From an uncultured Eubacteriales bacterium (GTDB lineage Bacteria > Bacillota > Clostridia > Oscillospirales > CAG-382), in assembly GCA_934446095.1 (NCBI GenBank), contig CAKSDR010000002.1, positions 1 through 63,761 of the forward strand: 63,761 nt of DNA. Reading direction: 5' to 3'. The notes beneath the pieces are model-generated. The model did no database searches and had not been told where the DNA came from. It saw only the letters and a list, made by a program, of their open reading frames with translations. Shown one piece after another: positions 34,969 to 44,798 of this stretch. The stretch's first letter is position 1. Each line of letters begins with the position of its first letter. The position numbers were made by a program, and so were the translations under genes.

Positions 34969-35124
34969 ATATGCGGAAGTTTTTTGCAGCATATTACCAT
35001 GCGGCAGGTCCGCCGCTTTTAGGTTTGAAAAAAAGGCTGCAGGCTATTTCCCTGCAATGCAATAATATACAGGCGTTTTGAAAAACTTTTTTACATATGT
35101 CATTGTATTTTAGGAGGAAAAATA

Positions 35125-36849
35125 ATGAAAAAAATTACGGCACTCGTGCTTGCACTTATTGTGATGGCGGTATTTCTGCCTTCCTGCTCAAAAAATGCGG
35201 ACGATAAAGGCGCTCAGTTTGACATATACCTGGGATCGAATATATACGACCTTGATCCTGCAAAGATGTTTTACGACGATGATTCTTTAAAGTACATAAA
35301 TCTTATTTTTGAAGGACTTACAAGGCTTGATGAAAACGGAAATGTTAAAGCCGCCCTTGCTCAAAAGTGGGATTACTCGGTCGACAGCCGCGACGGATAT
35401 TTGAAACTTTATTTCTATCTTAACGAAACCAGTTGGTCGGACAGTGTTTCGGTAAACGCGGAAAGCGTGGTTTACGCATGGAAAAGACTTCTTGACCCCG
35501 AAACTTTAAATCCCGCAGCGTCGCTGTTGTATCCTATACTTAACGCAAAAAATGTAAAGCTCGGCGTTATGACAATTGATGATATCGGATTATCGGCAAT
35601 AAATTCAAGCACAATTGAAGTTGTTTTTGAAAAAGATTATACTGACGTTGAAAAATTTATAAGAAACACTGCAAGCCCTGCGCTTGTGGCGCTGAGGGAA
35701 GATGTTGTTGCAAGCAACCCTGATACTTGGGCTCAGCCTTTATATATAAAAGTTAAAAACGATGATTCGGCATCAAATACACTTGTTACGAACGGTCCGT
35801 TCTCGGTAAAATCATGGACTGACGAATATATGATTCTTGAACGTTCTTCGTACTACAGAAACCTCGGTACCGACAAAAATTATACAAAATATGTAACTCC
35901 CTACAAGATAACCATTCATTTTAACGAAAATGATTCTGAAGCAAATGCAGTATATTCAGACAATATATCGGCAGAACAGTATGAGTCAGAGAAAAAGAAT
36001 ATAAAGACTTCCGACAGTTTGTCAGTTTATACATATTTATTCAACACGGATAATGAAATTTTGAAAAATGAATCCGTAAGGAAGGCACTTTCGATTTCCG
36101 TTGACAGAAACAAGATTGCGGAACTGCGCGGCGGAAAAGTTTCTCCGGCCACAGGTTTTATTCCGCGCGGCGTGTCGGGAAGCAGCCTTAAGAAAGATTA
36201 CAGAACAGAAACCGGAGATATTATAAATACATCTTCGGATATGGAACAGGCAAAGAAACTTATTTCACAATCGGGCATATCCGGCGGCAGTTTTGAAATT
36301 ACCGTTTCTAAAGAAAAGAAATATGAAAAAGATATTGCGGAATATGTTTGTTCTGTGTGGAAAGATCTTGGATTTGACGTAAAAGTAAACGAAGTAACGC
36401 GCGATCCTTCAAAGAAAGAATATTTCTACGATGTTCTCGAAAACAGAGAATATGACGTTATCGGAATAGATTATATCGGCCTTTCGGACGATGCATATAA
36501 TTTTGTTGTTCCGTTCGCGTGCGAATACAGCGGCAATACTGTCGACATAAACGATGAGAATGCGAAAAAAACCGCAGTTACCGGATTCGACGATGATTCC
36601 TATGACGAAATTATTTCCGGAATCGAACTTGTAAACGACTCAAAATCAAGATATGAGGTCTATAAAAACGCAGAGCAGGTTCTTGTTGATAATGCGGTCG
36701 TTGCTCCGCTTGTATTTAATGTGAATTCCAGAATCATATCAAAAGATTTATCGAATATAGATACGGATTATTTTGGATTTGACAATTTTACCAAAGCAAA
36801 ACTTAAAAACTATAAAAAATATATTGAACAAAAAAACGCATCTGAATAA
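35125..36849 (+). CDS. Family-5 (OppA/DppA-like) peptide-binding lipoprotein; no cognate permease or ATPase genes adjacent
   Basis: Lipobox FLPSCSK. LDPA....D......I.LIFEGLTRLDENG..K.ALA..W is typical of SBP_bac_5. 574 aa. Confidence 0.85.
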   Translation: MKKITALVLALIVMAVFLPSCSKNADDKGAQFDIYLGSNIYDLDPAKMFYDDDSLKYINLIFEGLTRLDENGNVKAALAQKWDYSVDSRDGYLKLYFYLNETSWSDSVSVNAESVVYAWKRLLDPETLNPAASLLYPILNAKNVKLGVMTIDDIGLSAINSSTIEVVFEKDYTDVEKFIRNTASPALVALREDVVASNPDTWAQPLYIKVKNDDSASNTLVTNGPFSVKSWTDEYMILERSSYYRNLGTDKNYTKYVTPYKITIHFNENDSEANAVYSDNISAEQYESEKKNIKTSDSLSVYTYLFNTDNEILKNESVRKALSISVDRNKIAELRGGKVSPATGFIPRGVSGSSLKKDYRTETGDIINTSSDMEQAKKLISQSGISGGSFEITVSKEKKYEKDIAEYVCSVWKDLGFDVKVNEVTRDPSKKEYFYDVLENREYDVIGIDYIGLSDDAYNFVVPFACEYSGNTVDINDENAKKTAVTGFDDDSYDEIISGIELVNDSKSRYEVYKNAEQVLVDNAVVAPLVFNVNSRIISKDLSNIDTDYFGFDNFTKAKLKNYKKYIEQKNASE

Positions 36850-36870
36850 TTTCTGTTTAAAACTTAAAAA

Positions 36871-36900
36871 TTCCCCTGTTTTTTACGGACAGGGGAATAA
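36871..36900 (+). terminator. Intrinsic terminator after the OppA-like gene
   Basis: 9-bp stem TTCCCCTGT / ACAGGGGAA. The downstream T tract is weak (TAAATTT). Confidence 0.55.
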
Positions 36901-36939
36901 ATTTATAATACTTGAAAATCGGTTATTAACGGTGAAAAT

Positions 36940-37809
36940 ATGACGGAAAACAACATTTTGAAAAAGCATAACTTTCAGTTTCAGAAAAAGTTCGGACAGA
37001 ATTTTCTTACGGACTTTAAAATTCCTGCCAAAATAGCGGAAAACTGTACTAATTTTAAATACAATGGAGAAGATAAGGGAAAAAGTTTGATTCTTGAAAT
37101 AGGACCCGGTGCCGGAATACTTACAAAAGAACTTGCAAAAAGGTTTTTAAAAGTTGTTGCCGTTGAAATTGACAGCGAACTTATTCCCATACTTGACGAA
37201 TCACTTGCTTCTTTTAGCAACATAGAAGTTATAAATGACGATATAATGAAAACAGACCTTGAAAAACTCATTTCAAGCCGCAGAATATATGAAAATGAAG
37301 TTCTGCCGGTGTCGGTTTGCGCAAATCTTCCGTATTATATAACAACGCCGGTTATAATGAAACTTCTCGAAGAATACCATGATTTTTCATTTATTACCGT
37401 AATGGTGCAAAAAGAGGTTGCGAGAAGGCTTTGCTCAAAACCGGGCAGCACGGACTACGGCGCAATAACGGCGGTTATAAACCTTTATGGGAAGATGGAA
37501 AAACTGTTTGACGTTCCGGCGGGCTGTTTTAATCCAAGGCCAAAGGTCGATTCAAGCGTTGTAAGATTTAAAAGAAATGAGATACAAAAGTATACCGAAA
37601 CAGAAATAAAAGATGCCAAAAAGGTAATAAAAGCGGCTTTTTCCATGAGAAGAAAAACTTTAATCAACACGCTTGTGGCTATCGGTGATATAAAGTGCGG
37701 CAAGGAAGAACTCGCAAATATTATAGAAGAACTGTTTGGAAAACCGAGCATCAGGGGAGAAGAACTTTCAACCGAAGATTTTGTTAAAATAGCCCGGCGT
37801 ATATTTTAA
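36940..37809 (+). CDS. rsmA: 16S rRNA (adenine1518/1519-N6)-dimethyltransferase RsmA (KsgA)
   Basis: KKFGQNFL start. SAM motif EIGPGAGILT. NLPYYITTP motif. Confidence 0.93.
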   Translation: MTENNILKKHNFQFQKKFGQNFLTDFKIPAKIAENCTNFKYNGEDKGKSLILEIGPGAGILTKELAKRFLKVVAVEIDSELIPILDESLASFSNIEVINDDIMKTDLEKLISSRRIYENEVLPVSVCANLPYYITTPVIMKLLEEYHDFSFITVMVQKEVARRLCSKPGSTDYGAITAVINLYGKMEKLFDVPAGCFNPRPKVDSSVVRFKRNEIQKYTETEIKDAKKVIKAAFSMRRKTLINTLVAIGDIKCGKEELANIIEELFGKPSIRGEELSTEDFVKIARRIF

Positions 37810-37836
37810 AATTTTAACGGTAAAACAAAATAAAAA

Positions 37837-37871
37837 AATACAGGAGCAAAATTGCAAGCCTGTATTTTTTT
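37837..37871 (+). terminator. Intrinsic terminator after rsmA
   Basis: Stem AATACAGG / CCTGTATT followed by TTTTTTT. Confidence 0.7.
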
Positions 37872-38017
37872 ATTTTATATGCAAAAAGAAAATTTTATAA
37901 AAATAAGTTTATATCCTAATAAAACTTTATTCTTAGGACCTTTTTGAACATCTGTCAAACTACAAACTGTATATCCGTAAACAAGGCGGAAAAACTCACA
38001 AAAACTTTTGCAATTTA

Positions 38018-40075
38018 CTAAACTTCGCGTTCCGAATTGCTTTTTTCTATTATTTTCTGCGCTATGTTTTCCGGAACTTCTTCATATCTTACGAATTCAA
38101 AAGAGATTCTGCCGCGACCCTGAGTCGTTGCCCTTAAAGATATCATAAGACCAGAAAGCTCGGCGGAAGGTATTTCCGCTTCAACAATGCTTATGCCCGG
38201 GGCGTTATCGTCGGGACTCATACCGAGAACTCTTCCTCTTCGCTTGTTTATTTCACCTATAGTATCGCCGGTATAACTTTCGGGAATGCGCACTTTCAGA
38301 TTTCCGAATGGCTCAAGGAGAACAGGTTTTGCCTTTACAAGTTCTTTGTATGCAAGAGCCGCTGCCATTTTAAACGACATTTCCGACGAATCAACGTCAT
38401 GAAAAGAGCCGTCGTAAAGGTTTGCGCAGAGCCCTATCATCGGATATCCGGCAAGAACGCCCTTATTCATGCATTCCAAAAGGCCTTTTTCAACCGCAGG
38501 GTGGAAGTTTTTCGGAACCGAGCCGCCGACAGTGCTTTCTGAAAAGTGGAGTCCGGGCTCTTCAGACGGTGAAAATTTTATTTTAACATGACCGTACTGT
38601 CCGTGTCCACCGGATTGTTTTTTGTGTTTTCCTTCGGCATCTATTGATTTTCTTATGGTTTCCTTATACGCAATTTTGGGTTCGGAAAGCTGAACTGAGG
38701 TTCCGAAACGCGTTTTGAGTTTATTGATAAGCACGTCGAGGTGCTGTTCGCCAAGACCGTATACCACTATTTGCTTTGTTTCGGCGTTGTTTTTATATTT
38801 TATGGTCAGGTCTTCCTCAAGCATTTTGGAAATACCGGATGAAATTTTATCCTCATCGCCTTTTGCTTTCGGCATTACCGCCATTTTAAAATACGGAGTC
38901 GGGAAATTTATCTTTAAGTATTGTACGGAGTTTTTGCTAAATGTATCGTTTGTATTTGCATTTGCGAGTTTTGCGGTCATGCCGATATCGCCGCAGGCAA
39001 GTTCTTCAACTTCGGTTTGCTTTTTGCCTTTCAGCGTATAAATATGCGCAAACTTCTCGGAAACACCTGTTGCCGGATTTGTAAGAACGCAGTCGCGTTT
39101 GAGAACACCGTTCATAACTTTAAAGAAAGACATTTTTCCCACAAACGGGTCTGCCACAGTTTTAAATATGAACACTGCGGGGTCGCCGTCGGGATCGATT
39201 TTAACATAGTTGCCGTCAAGATCGCGCTCGTGTTTTTTACCAAACGGGTTCGGAAAAGAAGCGGCGATTATATCAAGCATGGAAGTTATGCCGTCAAGAG
39301 TTGCGGCAGAGCCTACCATAACAGGAGTAATGCTTCTGTCATTTATCCCTTTGCTTAACGCTTCGTCTATTTCTTCCTGGGTAAACTCGGTATCGTTGAA
39401 GAATTTGTCAAGAAGTTCTTCTGATGTTTCGGCGAGCGATTCCATGAGATAATTTCTTGCAGATGCAACTTTATCGGCGCTTTTCTGCGGTATTTCGATC
39501 TCTTTTCTGACGCCGTTCTCGATAGAATGAGCCGTGTTTTTCAGAAGGTTTACAATTCCGAAAATATGTCTGTTTTCTATAAGAGGTATTGTGACGGGAC
39601 AGATAGTTTTTCCGAATTTTTCACGAAGTTTTTCGATTACGGAAAAGAAGTCTGCGTTTTCATCATCGGTTTTGTTTACAAAAATAGTTTTCGGAACAGT
39701 AGCTTTTGTAGCGTTTTCCCAGGCGATTTCACACCCTGAATCTATGCCGCTTTTCGCATCGAGCACGATCATCGCACATCCCGAAACGCGGAGACCCTGC
39801 AACACTTCTCCTTCGAAGTCGAGGTATCCGGGAGTATCTATAATATTAATTTTCTTTCCTTTATATTCAAACTGTGCAATTGATGTAGAAATTGAAATTT
39901 TTCTCTTTATTTCCTCGGGGTCATAGTCGCAGACCGTATTTCCGTCTGAGGTTTTTCCGAGCCTGTCGATATCTTTTGCAACATAAAGCATTGCTTCGGC
40001 AAGAGATGTTTTTCCGTTCCCTCCGTGTCCCAAAAGACAAACGTTTCTTATATCTGTTGTGGTATATTTTGCCAT
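38018..40075 (-). CDS. Elongation factor G paralog (translational GTPase, EF-G family)
   Basis: G1 motif GHGGNGKTS, G3 DTPGYLDF, G4 NKTD, and EF-G domains II-V by length (685 aa). Start at ATG 40075 (MAKYTT), with RBS AAAGGAG 7 nt upstream. Confidence 0.85.
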   Translation of the reverse strand: MAKYTTTDIRNVCLLGHGGNGKTSLAEAMLYVAKDIDRLGKTSDGNTVCDYDPEEIKRKISISTSIAQFEYKGKKINIIDTPGYLDFEGEVLQGLRVSGCAMIVLDAKSGIDSGCEIAWENATKATVPKTIFVNKTDDENADFFSVIEKLREKFGKTICPVTIPLIENRHIFGIVNLLKNTAHSIENGVRKEIEIPQKSADKVASARNYLMESLAETSEELLDKFFNDTEFTQEEIDEALSKGINDRSITPVMVGSAATLDGITSMLDIIAASFPNPFGKKHERDLDGNYVKIDPDGDPAVFIFKTVADPFVGKMSFFKVMNGVLKRDCVLTNPATGVSEKFAHIYTLKGKKQTEVEELACGDIGMTAKLANANTNDTFSKNSVQYLKINFPTPYFKMAVMPKAKGDEDKISSGISKMLEEDLTIKYKNNAETKQIVVYGLGEQHLDVLINKLKTRFGTSVQLSEPKIAYKETIRKSIDAEGKHKKQSGGHGQYGHVKIKFSPSEEPGLHFSESTVGGSVPKNFHPAVEKGLLECMNKGVLAGYPMIGLCANLYDGSFHDVDSSEMSFKMAAALAYKELVKAKPVLLEPFGNLKVRIPESYTGDTIGEINKRRGRVLGMSPDDNAPGISIVEAEIPSAELSGLMISLRATTQGRGRISFEFVRYEEVPENIAQKIIEKSNSEREV

Positions 40076-40263
40076 TAGATTGTCTCCTTTCAATATTCTA
40101 AATCAAGTATATGCAATATACAACCTCAAATATATTATAAAACTTTAATGAAAAATATACAATATGTCAAAATTATCATAATTTTTTATAAAAATTTGGT
40201 ATATATGCACAATTGACGAGATTTGTAAACAATATTTACGACAAAATATAACTCAAATTAAAA

Positions 40264-40290
40264 AGTCTGGCGGAAAAGGCAAAGCCGGAT
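40264..40290 (-). terminator. Possible terminator after sigG
   Basis: Stem TCCGGC / GCCAGA (with one G-U pair) and a 12-nt loop. On the minus strand it is followed by CTTTTTAATTT. Weak. Confidence 0.4.
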
Positions 40291-40292
40291 TT

Positions 40293-41066
40293 TCAAATAT
40301 CTTTTCGTATTTTTGCAAGAGCGCCTTTTTCTATTCTGCTGACTTGAGCTTGGCTTATGTGTATTTCATCGGCAACTTCCATTTGTGTTTTTCCGCTGAA
40401 AAAGCGCATTTTTATTATATTTTTTTCTCTGTCGGATAGTTTTTTTATTGCTTCCGATACGGCAATATTTTCAAGCCATGCCTCATCATTGTTTTTGCTG
40501 TCACTTATCTGATCCATAACATATATCGAATCACCGTTCTCCGAAAATACCGGTTCATAAAGCGAAACGGGGTCAATGATTGCGTCAAGGGCGCATACCA
40601 CTTCCTCTTTTGGAAAACCGACTTCTTTTGCAATTTCTTCGATTTTGGGTTCTCTGCCGAGTTTTAATGAAAGTTGTTCTTTTGCCGATAAGGCTTTATA
40701 CGCAAGATCGCGTATCGACCGTGAAACCCTTATTGAATTGTTGTCCCTGAGGTAGCGCCGTATTTCTCCTATAATCATAGGAACGGCATATGTTGAAAAC
40801 CTGACATCAAGATTTATGTCAAAATTATCAATGGATTTTATAAGACCTATGCAGCCTACCTGAAAGAGATCGTCCGGATTTTCACCCCTGCCGGAAAATC
40901 TTTTTATTACGCTTAATACAAGTTTTAAATTGCCGTTTATCAAAAGTTCTCTTGCATATGTGTCGCCGTTTTTTGCCTTTTTCAACAGTTCGTCTTTTTC
41001 TTTTCCGGACAGAACCGTAAGTTTAGAAGTATTTACTCCGCATATTTCAACTTTTCCGTTATGCAT
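40293..41066 (-). CDS. sigG: Sporulation sigma factor SigG (forespore, late)
   Basis: KVEICGVNTSKLTVL..., GD..ARE.LI.GNLKLVLSVIKRF. Lies directly downstream of sigE. Confidence 0.9.
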   Translation of the reverse strand: MHNGKVEICGVNTSKLTVLSGKEKDELLKKAKNGDTYARELLINGNLKLVLSVIKRFSGRGENPDDLFQVGCIGLIKSIDNFDINLDVRFSTYAVPMIIGEIRRYLRDNNSIRVSRSIRDLAYKALSAKEQLSLKLGREPKIEEIAKEVGFPKEEVVCALDAIIDPVSLYEPVFSENGDSIYVMDQISDSKNNDEAWLENIAVSEAIKKLSDREKNIIKMRFFSGKTQMEVADEIHISQAQVSRIEKGALAKIRKDI

Positions 41067-41176
41067 AAAAACCGCCTTCTCATTTTACAAAAGTTAAAAT
41101 CAAAAATTATAAAATACGTTTATAAAATGAGTATTACCCGTTTTTTTGCATTTAATTCAAAAGAGGTCCGGCACTT

Positions 41177-41917
41177 TTATTTATAAAAATTTATGATATC
41201 GCGCCGCAGATGCGAGATGATTTTCTTTTCAAGCCGTGAGATATACGACTGAGAAATTCCGAGAATATCGGCGACTTCTTTTTGCGTTTTTTCTTTTCCC
41301 GAGCCGAAAAGACCGAAACGCATACATATAATTTTTCTGTCGCGCTTCGAAAGTTTTTCTACCGCGTTTAAAATAAGCCGGCGCTCTTCTTCCTGTTCTA
41401 TGCCCTTATGAACTTCGTCTTCATCGGTTCCGAGAATATCCGAAAGAAGAAGCTCGTTTCCGTCCCAGTCGACATTCAGAGGCTCGTCGAGTGAAATTTC
41501 GTTGCGGCAGTTTTGGTTTTTTCTCATATACATTAAAATTTCATTTTCTATGCATCTTGAAGCGTAGGTTGCAAGTTTTATATTTTTCTGAGGGTTAAAA
41601 GTATTTATTGCTTTCATAAGACCTATCGTTCCGATAGATACAAGGTCTTCGACTCCGATTTTTGTGTTTTCGAATTTTTTTGCGATATATACTACAAGGC
41701 GCAGATTTTTTTCCACGAGTATTTTTCTGATTTTTTTATCTGTACACGGATCTTTGCCGAGTTTTGACAAAAACTCCGCTTCCTGTTTTGCGGTAAGCGG
41801 CGGCGGAAGAAGTTCGGAACCGTTTATGTAATATATTTCGTTGCTTTTAAAAATTTTCGGGAATCTATACAGAACCTTTTTAATAAGTTTTTTAAAAAAA
41901 TTTAATTGAAACAACAT
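41177..41917 (-). CDS. sigE: Sporulation sigma factor SigE (pro-sigma-E)
   Basis: Pro-sequence followed by [16 protein letters not shown] motif. [12 protein letters not shown] and [18 protein letters not shown] motifs. Follows spoIIGA. Confidence 0.92.
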   Translation of the reverse strand: MLFQLNFFKKLIKKVLYRFPKIFKSNEIYYINGSELLPPPLTAKQEAEFLSKLGKDPCTDKKIRKILVEKNLRLVVYIAKKFENTKIGVEDLVSIGTIGLMKAINTFNPQKNIKLATYASRCIENEILMYMRKNQNCRNEISLDEPLNVDWDGNELLLSDILGTDEDEVHKGIEQEEERRLILNAVEKLSKRDRKIICMRFGLFGSGKEKTQKEVADILGISQSYISRLEKKIISHLRRDIINFYK

Positions 41918-41936
41918 ATTTGCCTCCTTTTTAAAG

Positions 41937-42737
41937 TCAGTTCTGATTCATGAGGCAGGACGGAAAAACGCCGTCAAGCCCTGCGTAATAGTTTTCATTT
42001 GTAAAGGCTATGTATGCGCGCACGGGATATTTTTTTGATTTTTGGACATAAAATATTTTTTCGGGTTTTGCCCCTGTGATTACCGATACTCCGTTCGCGG
42101 TATGCATAGGAATCATTCTTTTTTTGTATTTTACCGCGGCTAGAGCATCGTCTTCGTTGTCCGTGCCGAAAATTTCTTCAAATTTCTCTTTCTTTACGAT
42201 AATTACGGGAAGCAAACTTATAGGTTCTTTCAGTTTGTTTCCGCTGTCGCATATAAGATCGAGCACGACTTTTTTGTTGTCGGAATAAATTTCCGCACGG
42301 ACAAAGTCGCAATTTGTCCGACATTTTAATATGTTTGCCGAATATATGACAACTGAAAATATTATGAAACATAGTATGAAAAACAAATACGGCGGGATTT
42401 TTTGTCTGTTTTCCATTATTATTCCGAAAATTCCGCCGAAAAGTATGCATGAAAAGTAAAAGATAACCGCAGTTTTTAAAAACTGCTTCCATGATTTATA
42501 TCCGTACGCGATAAGGCACATGCAAAGCGAAACCGCAAAACTTAAAAGTATGTATACTGCCGGCAGAAATTTGCAGTTTATTGTCAGCACCGAATATGCA
42601 GCGCCAAATGCTGCGGACAGGAGAATCTTTTTAAAGGAAAATGCAGAATACAAAATGCACGAACATATTATCAAAGACATGGCGTCAATGATAAAATTAA
42701 TAAGAAACAGAATATCGGCATAAACGGTAACACTCAA
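41937..42737 (-). CDS. spoIIGA: Sigma-E processing peptidase SpoIIGA
   Basis: Five TM helices ([16 protein letters not shown]...). Aspartic-protease motif CDSGN. TTG start with RBS AAGGTGA. Confidence 0.88.
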   Translation of the reverse strand: MSVTVYADILFLINFIIDAMSLIICSCILYSAFSFKKILLSAAFGAAYSVLTINCKFLPAVYILLSFAVSLCMCLIAYGYKSWKQFLKTAVIFYFSCILFGGIFGIIMENRQKIPPYLFFILCFIIFSVVIYSANILKCRTNCDFVRAEIYSDNKKVVLDLICDSGNKLKEPISLLPVIIVKKEKFEEIFGTDNEDDALAAVKYKKRMIPMHTANGVSVITGAKPEKIFYVQKSKKYPVRAYIAFTNENYYAGLDGVFPSCLMNQN

Positions 42738-42796
42738 TATTTATCACCTTGAAAACTTATTTACAACAATATTATTGCACTTCAAAAATAAAAAAA

Positions 42797-42817
42797 ATGT
42801 CTTATCATGTAAGACAT
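42797..42817. repeat. Perfect 8-5-8 palindrome in the spoIIGA / sleC-like divergent region
   Basis: ATGTCTTA tcatg TAAGACAT, flanked by long A-runs on both sides. Confidence 0.8.
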
Positions 42818-42873
42818 ATAAAAAAAATTACGGCATATTATTAAAAACAAGAAAAAAGATTTTGAGGTGTGAA

Positions 42874-44751
42874 ATGTTTACAGGTATTCTTTTGGTTACG
42901 GTAAGTACTGCGAATGAGGCCATCGCTATAGAAGATGTTGTCATAGAGGTATACGTAAGAAAGTACAGCCCTGCGGGGGACTATGTTATGGCAGATGTCG
43001 TTTCAAATATTTCCGGCGGTGATTTTGATTTTACATCAACTACAAATATAAGCGGCAAGACGAAAGAATTTATAATCGAAACTCCGAATCCTAATTTATC
43101 ATTTATAAAGGGAGGAAAAATTGCGCCGTTTTCTGTGTGCGATGTGCATGTAAGAAAAGAAGGGTATATTCCCATGCTTTTTCTCGGTGTTCAGGTGTAC
43201 GGGGGACAGCAGAGCAATTTAAACGTTTCGTTTGAGCCGCAGTATTCGGAAAATCCGGAGGATTTGAGAATAACAAATACTATTACCGGTGAAAACACTA
43301 TAGTATACGACATACCGAATCCCGCAATATTTACGGGCGCGCAAAGAGGACCGTTCAGTTATTCGGCGCCCACAGCGATTCCGCAAATATCAAGGAGTGT
43401 TTATATTCCGGAAACGATAACCGTGCATCTTGGCGCTCCGCAGAGCGATGCCGAGAACGTATATGTTTCTTTTGTGGATTATATAAAAAATGTTGCGTCG
43501 AGCGAAATTTATCCGACATGGCCTGAAAGCGCGATAAGAGCCAACGTTTACGCGCAGATATCAATAACTTTAAACAGGGTGTATACGGAGTGGTACCCGA
43601 GTCAGGGCTATGATTTTCAGATAACGAATTCTACGGGTTTCGACCAGTCTTTTTCCCCGGGAAGAAATGTTTTTTCTTCGGTTGACAGAATAGTTGATGA
43701 AATTTTCAATACGTACATAAAACACATAAATTATATAGAACCGCTGTTTGCGTCATACTGCGACGGAGTTCAGACTACCTGCAGGGGACTTTCGCAGTGG
43801 GGTTCTTATGAACTCGCGACGACGGGATACACCCCTCTCGGGATACTGAAGAACTACTACGGCGATTCTATTGAACTTGTAACGACAAATATTATTCAGG
43901 GAATTGAAAGCACTTACGGCGGAACGCCGCTGTCGATAGGTTCTGTCGGCGACGATGTTTTGTATATTCAAAGGCAGCTTAACAGAATCAGGCAAAATTA
44001 CCCAACGATTCCGAGAATTATTTCGGAAAACGGAATATTTGCATCGGGAACCGACGCTGCCGTCAGAAGATTTCAAAGCATTTTCAACATGAGTATTGAC
44101 GGAGTTGTCGGAAAGGCGACGTGGTATAAGATATCGTATATTTATACTGCCGTTACAGGTCTTGCGGAACTTGAAAGCGAGGGAGCAAATCCTCTTTTCC
44201 CGTCAAGCCCTCCGACCGTTACCCTGAGCGTCGGTGACAGCGGAAGCGACGTTGTGCTTCTGCAGTCTATGCTTCTTTACATAAGTTATTTTTACAAAAG
44301 CGTAAAGCCGATTTCCGTAGACAGTTATTTCGGAAACGAAACAAGGCAGTCTGTTGAATCTTTTCAGACGTCTTTTAACCTTCCTGTTACGGGAAGTGTA
44401 GACGAGGCAGTATGGGATATGCTTTTTGCAATATACGATTCAATTTTGGAAGTTGTAACTCCGACGTCTGAGGAGCAGGAATTTTCGGGCGACCTTACAT
44501 CGGGGGACACGGGTGAAAAAGTACTTCTTATGCAGCAGTATCTCACGCTTATTTCTCAGTATTATCCGGATGTGCTGCCTCCGTCCGAAACCGGAGTATA
44601 TGATGAAAAAACTGCAAATTCCGTAAGATCCTTCCAGAGCAAGTTTACTCTCGGTCCTACCGGTACAATAGGAGTCAGAACATGGCTTAGGATAGTCGAA
44701 GTGTATAACTTTCTGCAAAGCGGACTTGAAGATATATCATCCGAAGGGTGA
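42874..44751 (+). CDS. SleC-like spore cortex-lytic / peptidoglycan-binding protein with three PG_binding_1 repeats
   Basis: ITVHLG.P...AENVYVSF.DYIKNVASSEIYPTWPESAIRANVYAQISI.LNRVYTEWY matches my recollection of the SleC catalytic region. Three repeats of the G..G.DV..LQ..L......DG.FG..T...V..FQ type are present. Start at ATG 42874, with RBS GAGGTG 4 nt upstream. Confidence 0.6.
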   Translation: MFTGILLVTVSTANEAIAIEDVVIEVYVRKYSPAGDYVMADVVSNISGGDFDFTSTTNISGKTKEFIIETPNPNLSFIKGGKIAPFSVCDVHVRKEGYIPMLFLGVQVYGGQQSNLNVSFEPQYSENPEDLRITNTITGENTIVYDIPNPAIFTGAQRGPFSYSAPTAIPQISRSVYIPETITVHLGAPQSDAENVYVSFVDYIKNVASSEIYPTWPESAIRANVYAQISITLNRVYTEWYPSQGYDFQITNSTGFDQSFSPGRNVFSSVDRIVDEIFNTYIKHINYIEPLFASYCDGVQTTCRGLSQWGSYELATTGYTPLGILKNYYGDSIELVTTNIIQGIESTYGGTPLSIGSVGDDVLYIQRQLNRIRQNYPTIPRIISENGIFASGTDAAVRRFQSIFNMSIDGVVGKATWYKISYIYTAVTGLAELESEGANPLFPSSPPTVTLSVGDSGSDVVLLQSMLLYISYFYKSVKPISVDSYFGNETRQSVESFQTSFNLPVTGSVDEAVWDMLFAIYDSILEVVTPTSEEQEFSGDLTSGDTGEKVLLMQQYLTLISQYYPDVLPPSETGVYDEKTANSVRSFQSKFTLGPTGTIGVRTWLRIVEVYNFLQSGLEDISSEG

Positions 44752-44798
44752 GTTTTTAATAGGAACCGGAATATTATGCACGGAGGAATGTTATTGTA

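Noticed and set aside
34971-35081. 36-codon ORF (MRKFFAAYYHAAGPPLLGLKKRLQAISLQCNNIQAF) in the leader of the OppA-like gene, as a possible leader peptide.
   Set aside because: Its ATG lies 2 nt after the -10 box, at or before the likely transcription start. It has no RBS and no run of regulatory codons.
34969-35124. T-box or known riboswitch upstream of the peptide-binding protein gene.
   Set aside because: There is no T-box core (AGGGTGGNACCGCG-like) and no conserved riboswitch core that I recognise. I kept it only as an unclassified structured leader in the findings.
42775-42873. 33-codon N-terminal extension of the sleC-like ORF given in the ORF track (TTG at 42775).
   Set aside because: The extension runs through the A-tract/palindrome promoter region and encodes a Lys-rich stretch. 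A strong RBS (GAGGTG) sits 4 nt before ATG 42874. Similar track extensions were trimmed at 5893-5955 (the extension is itself a consensus promoter), 29211-29282 (ruvA), 40076-40093 (EF-G), 20208-20249 (tilS), 34786-34794, 45683-45742 and 62620-62640.
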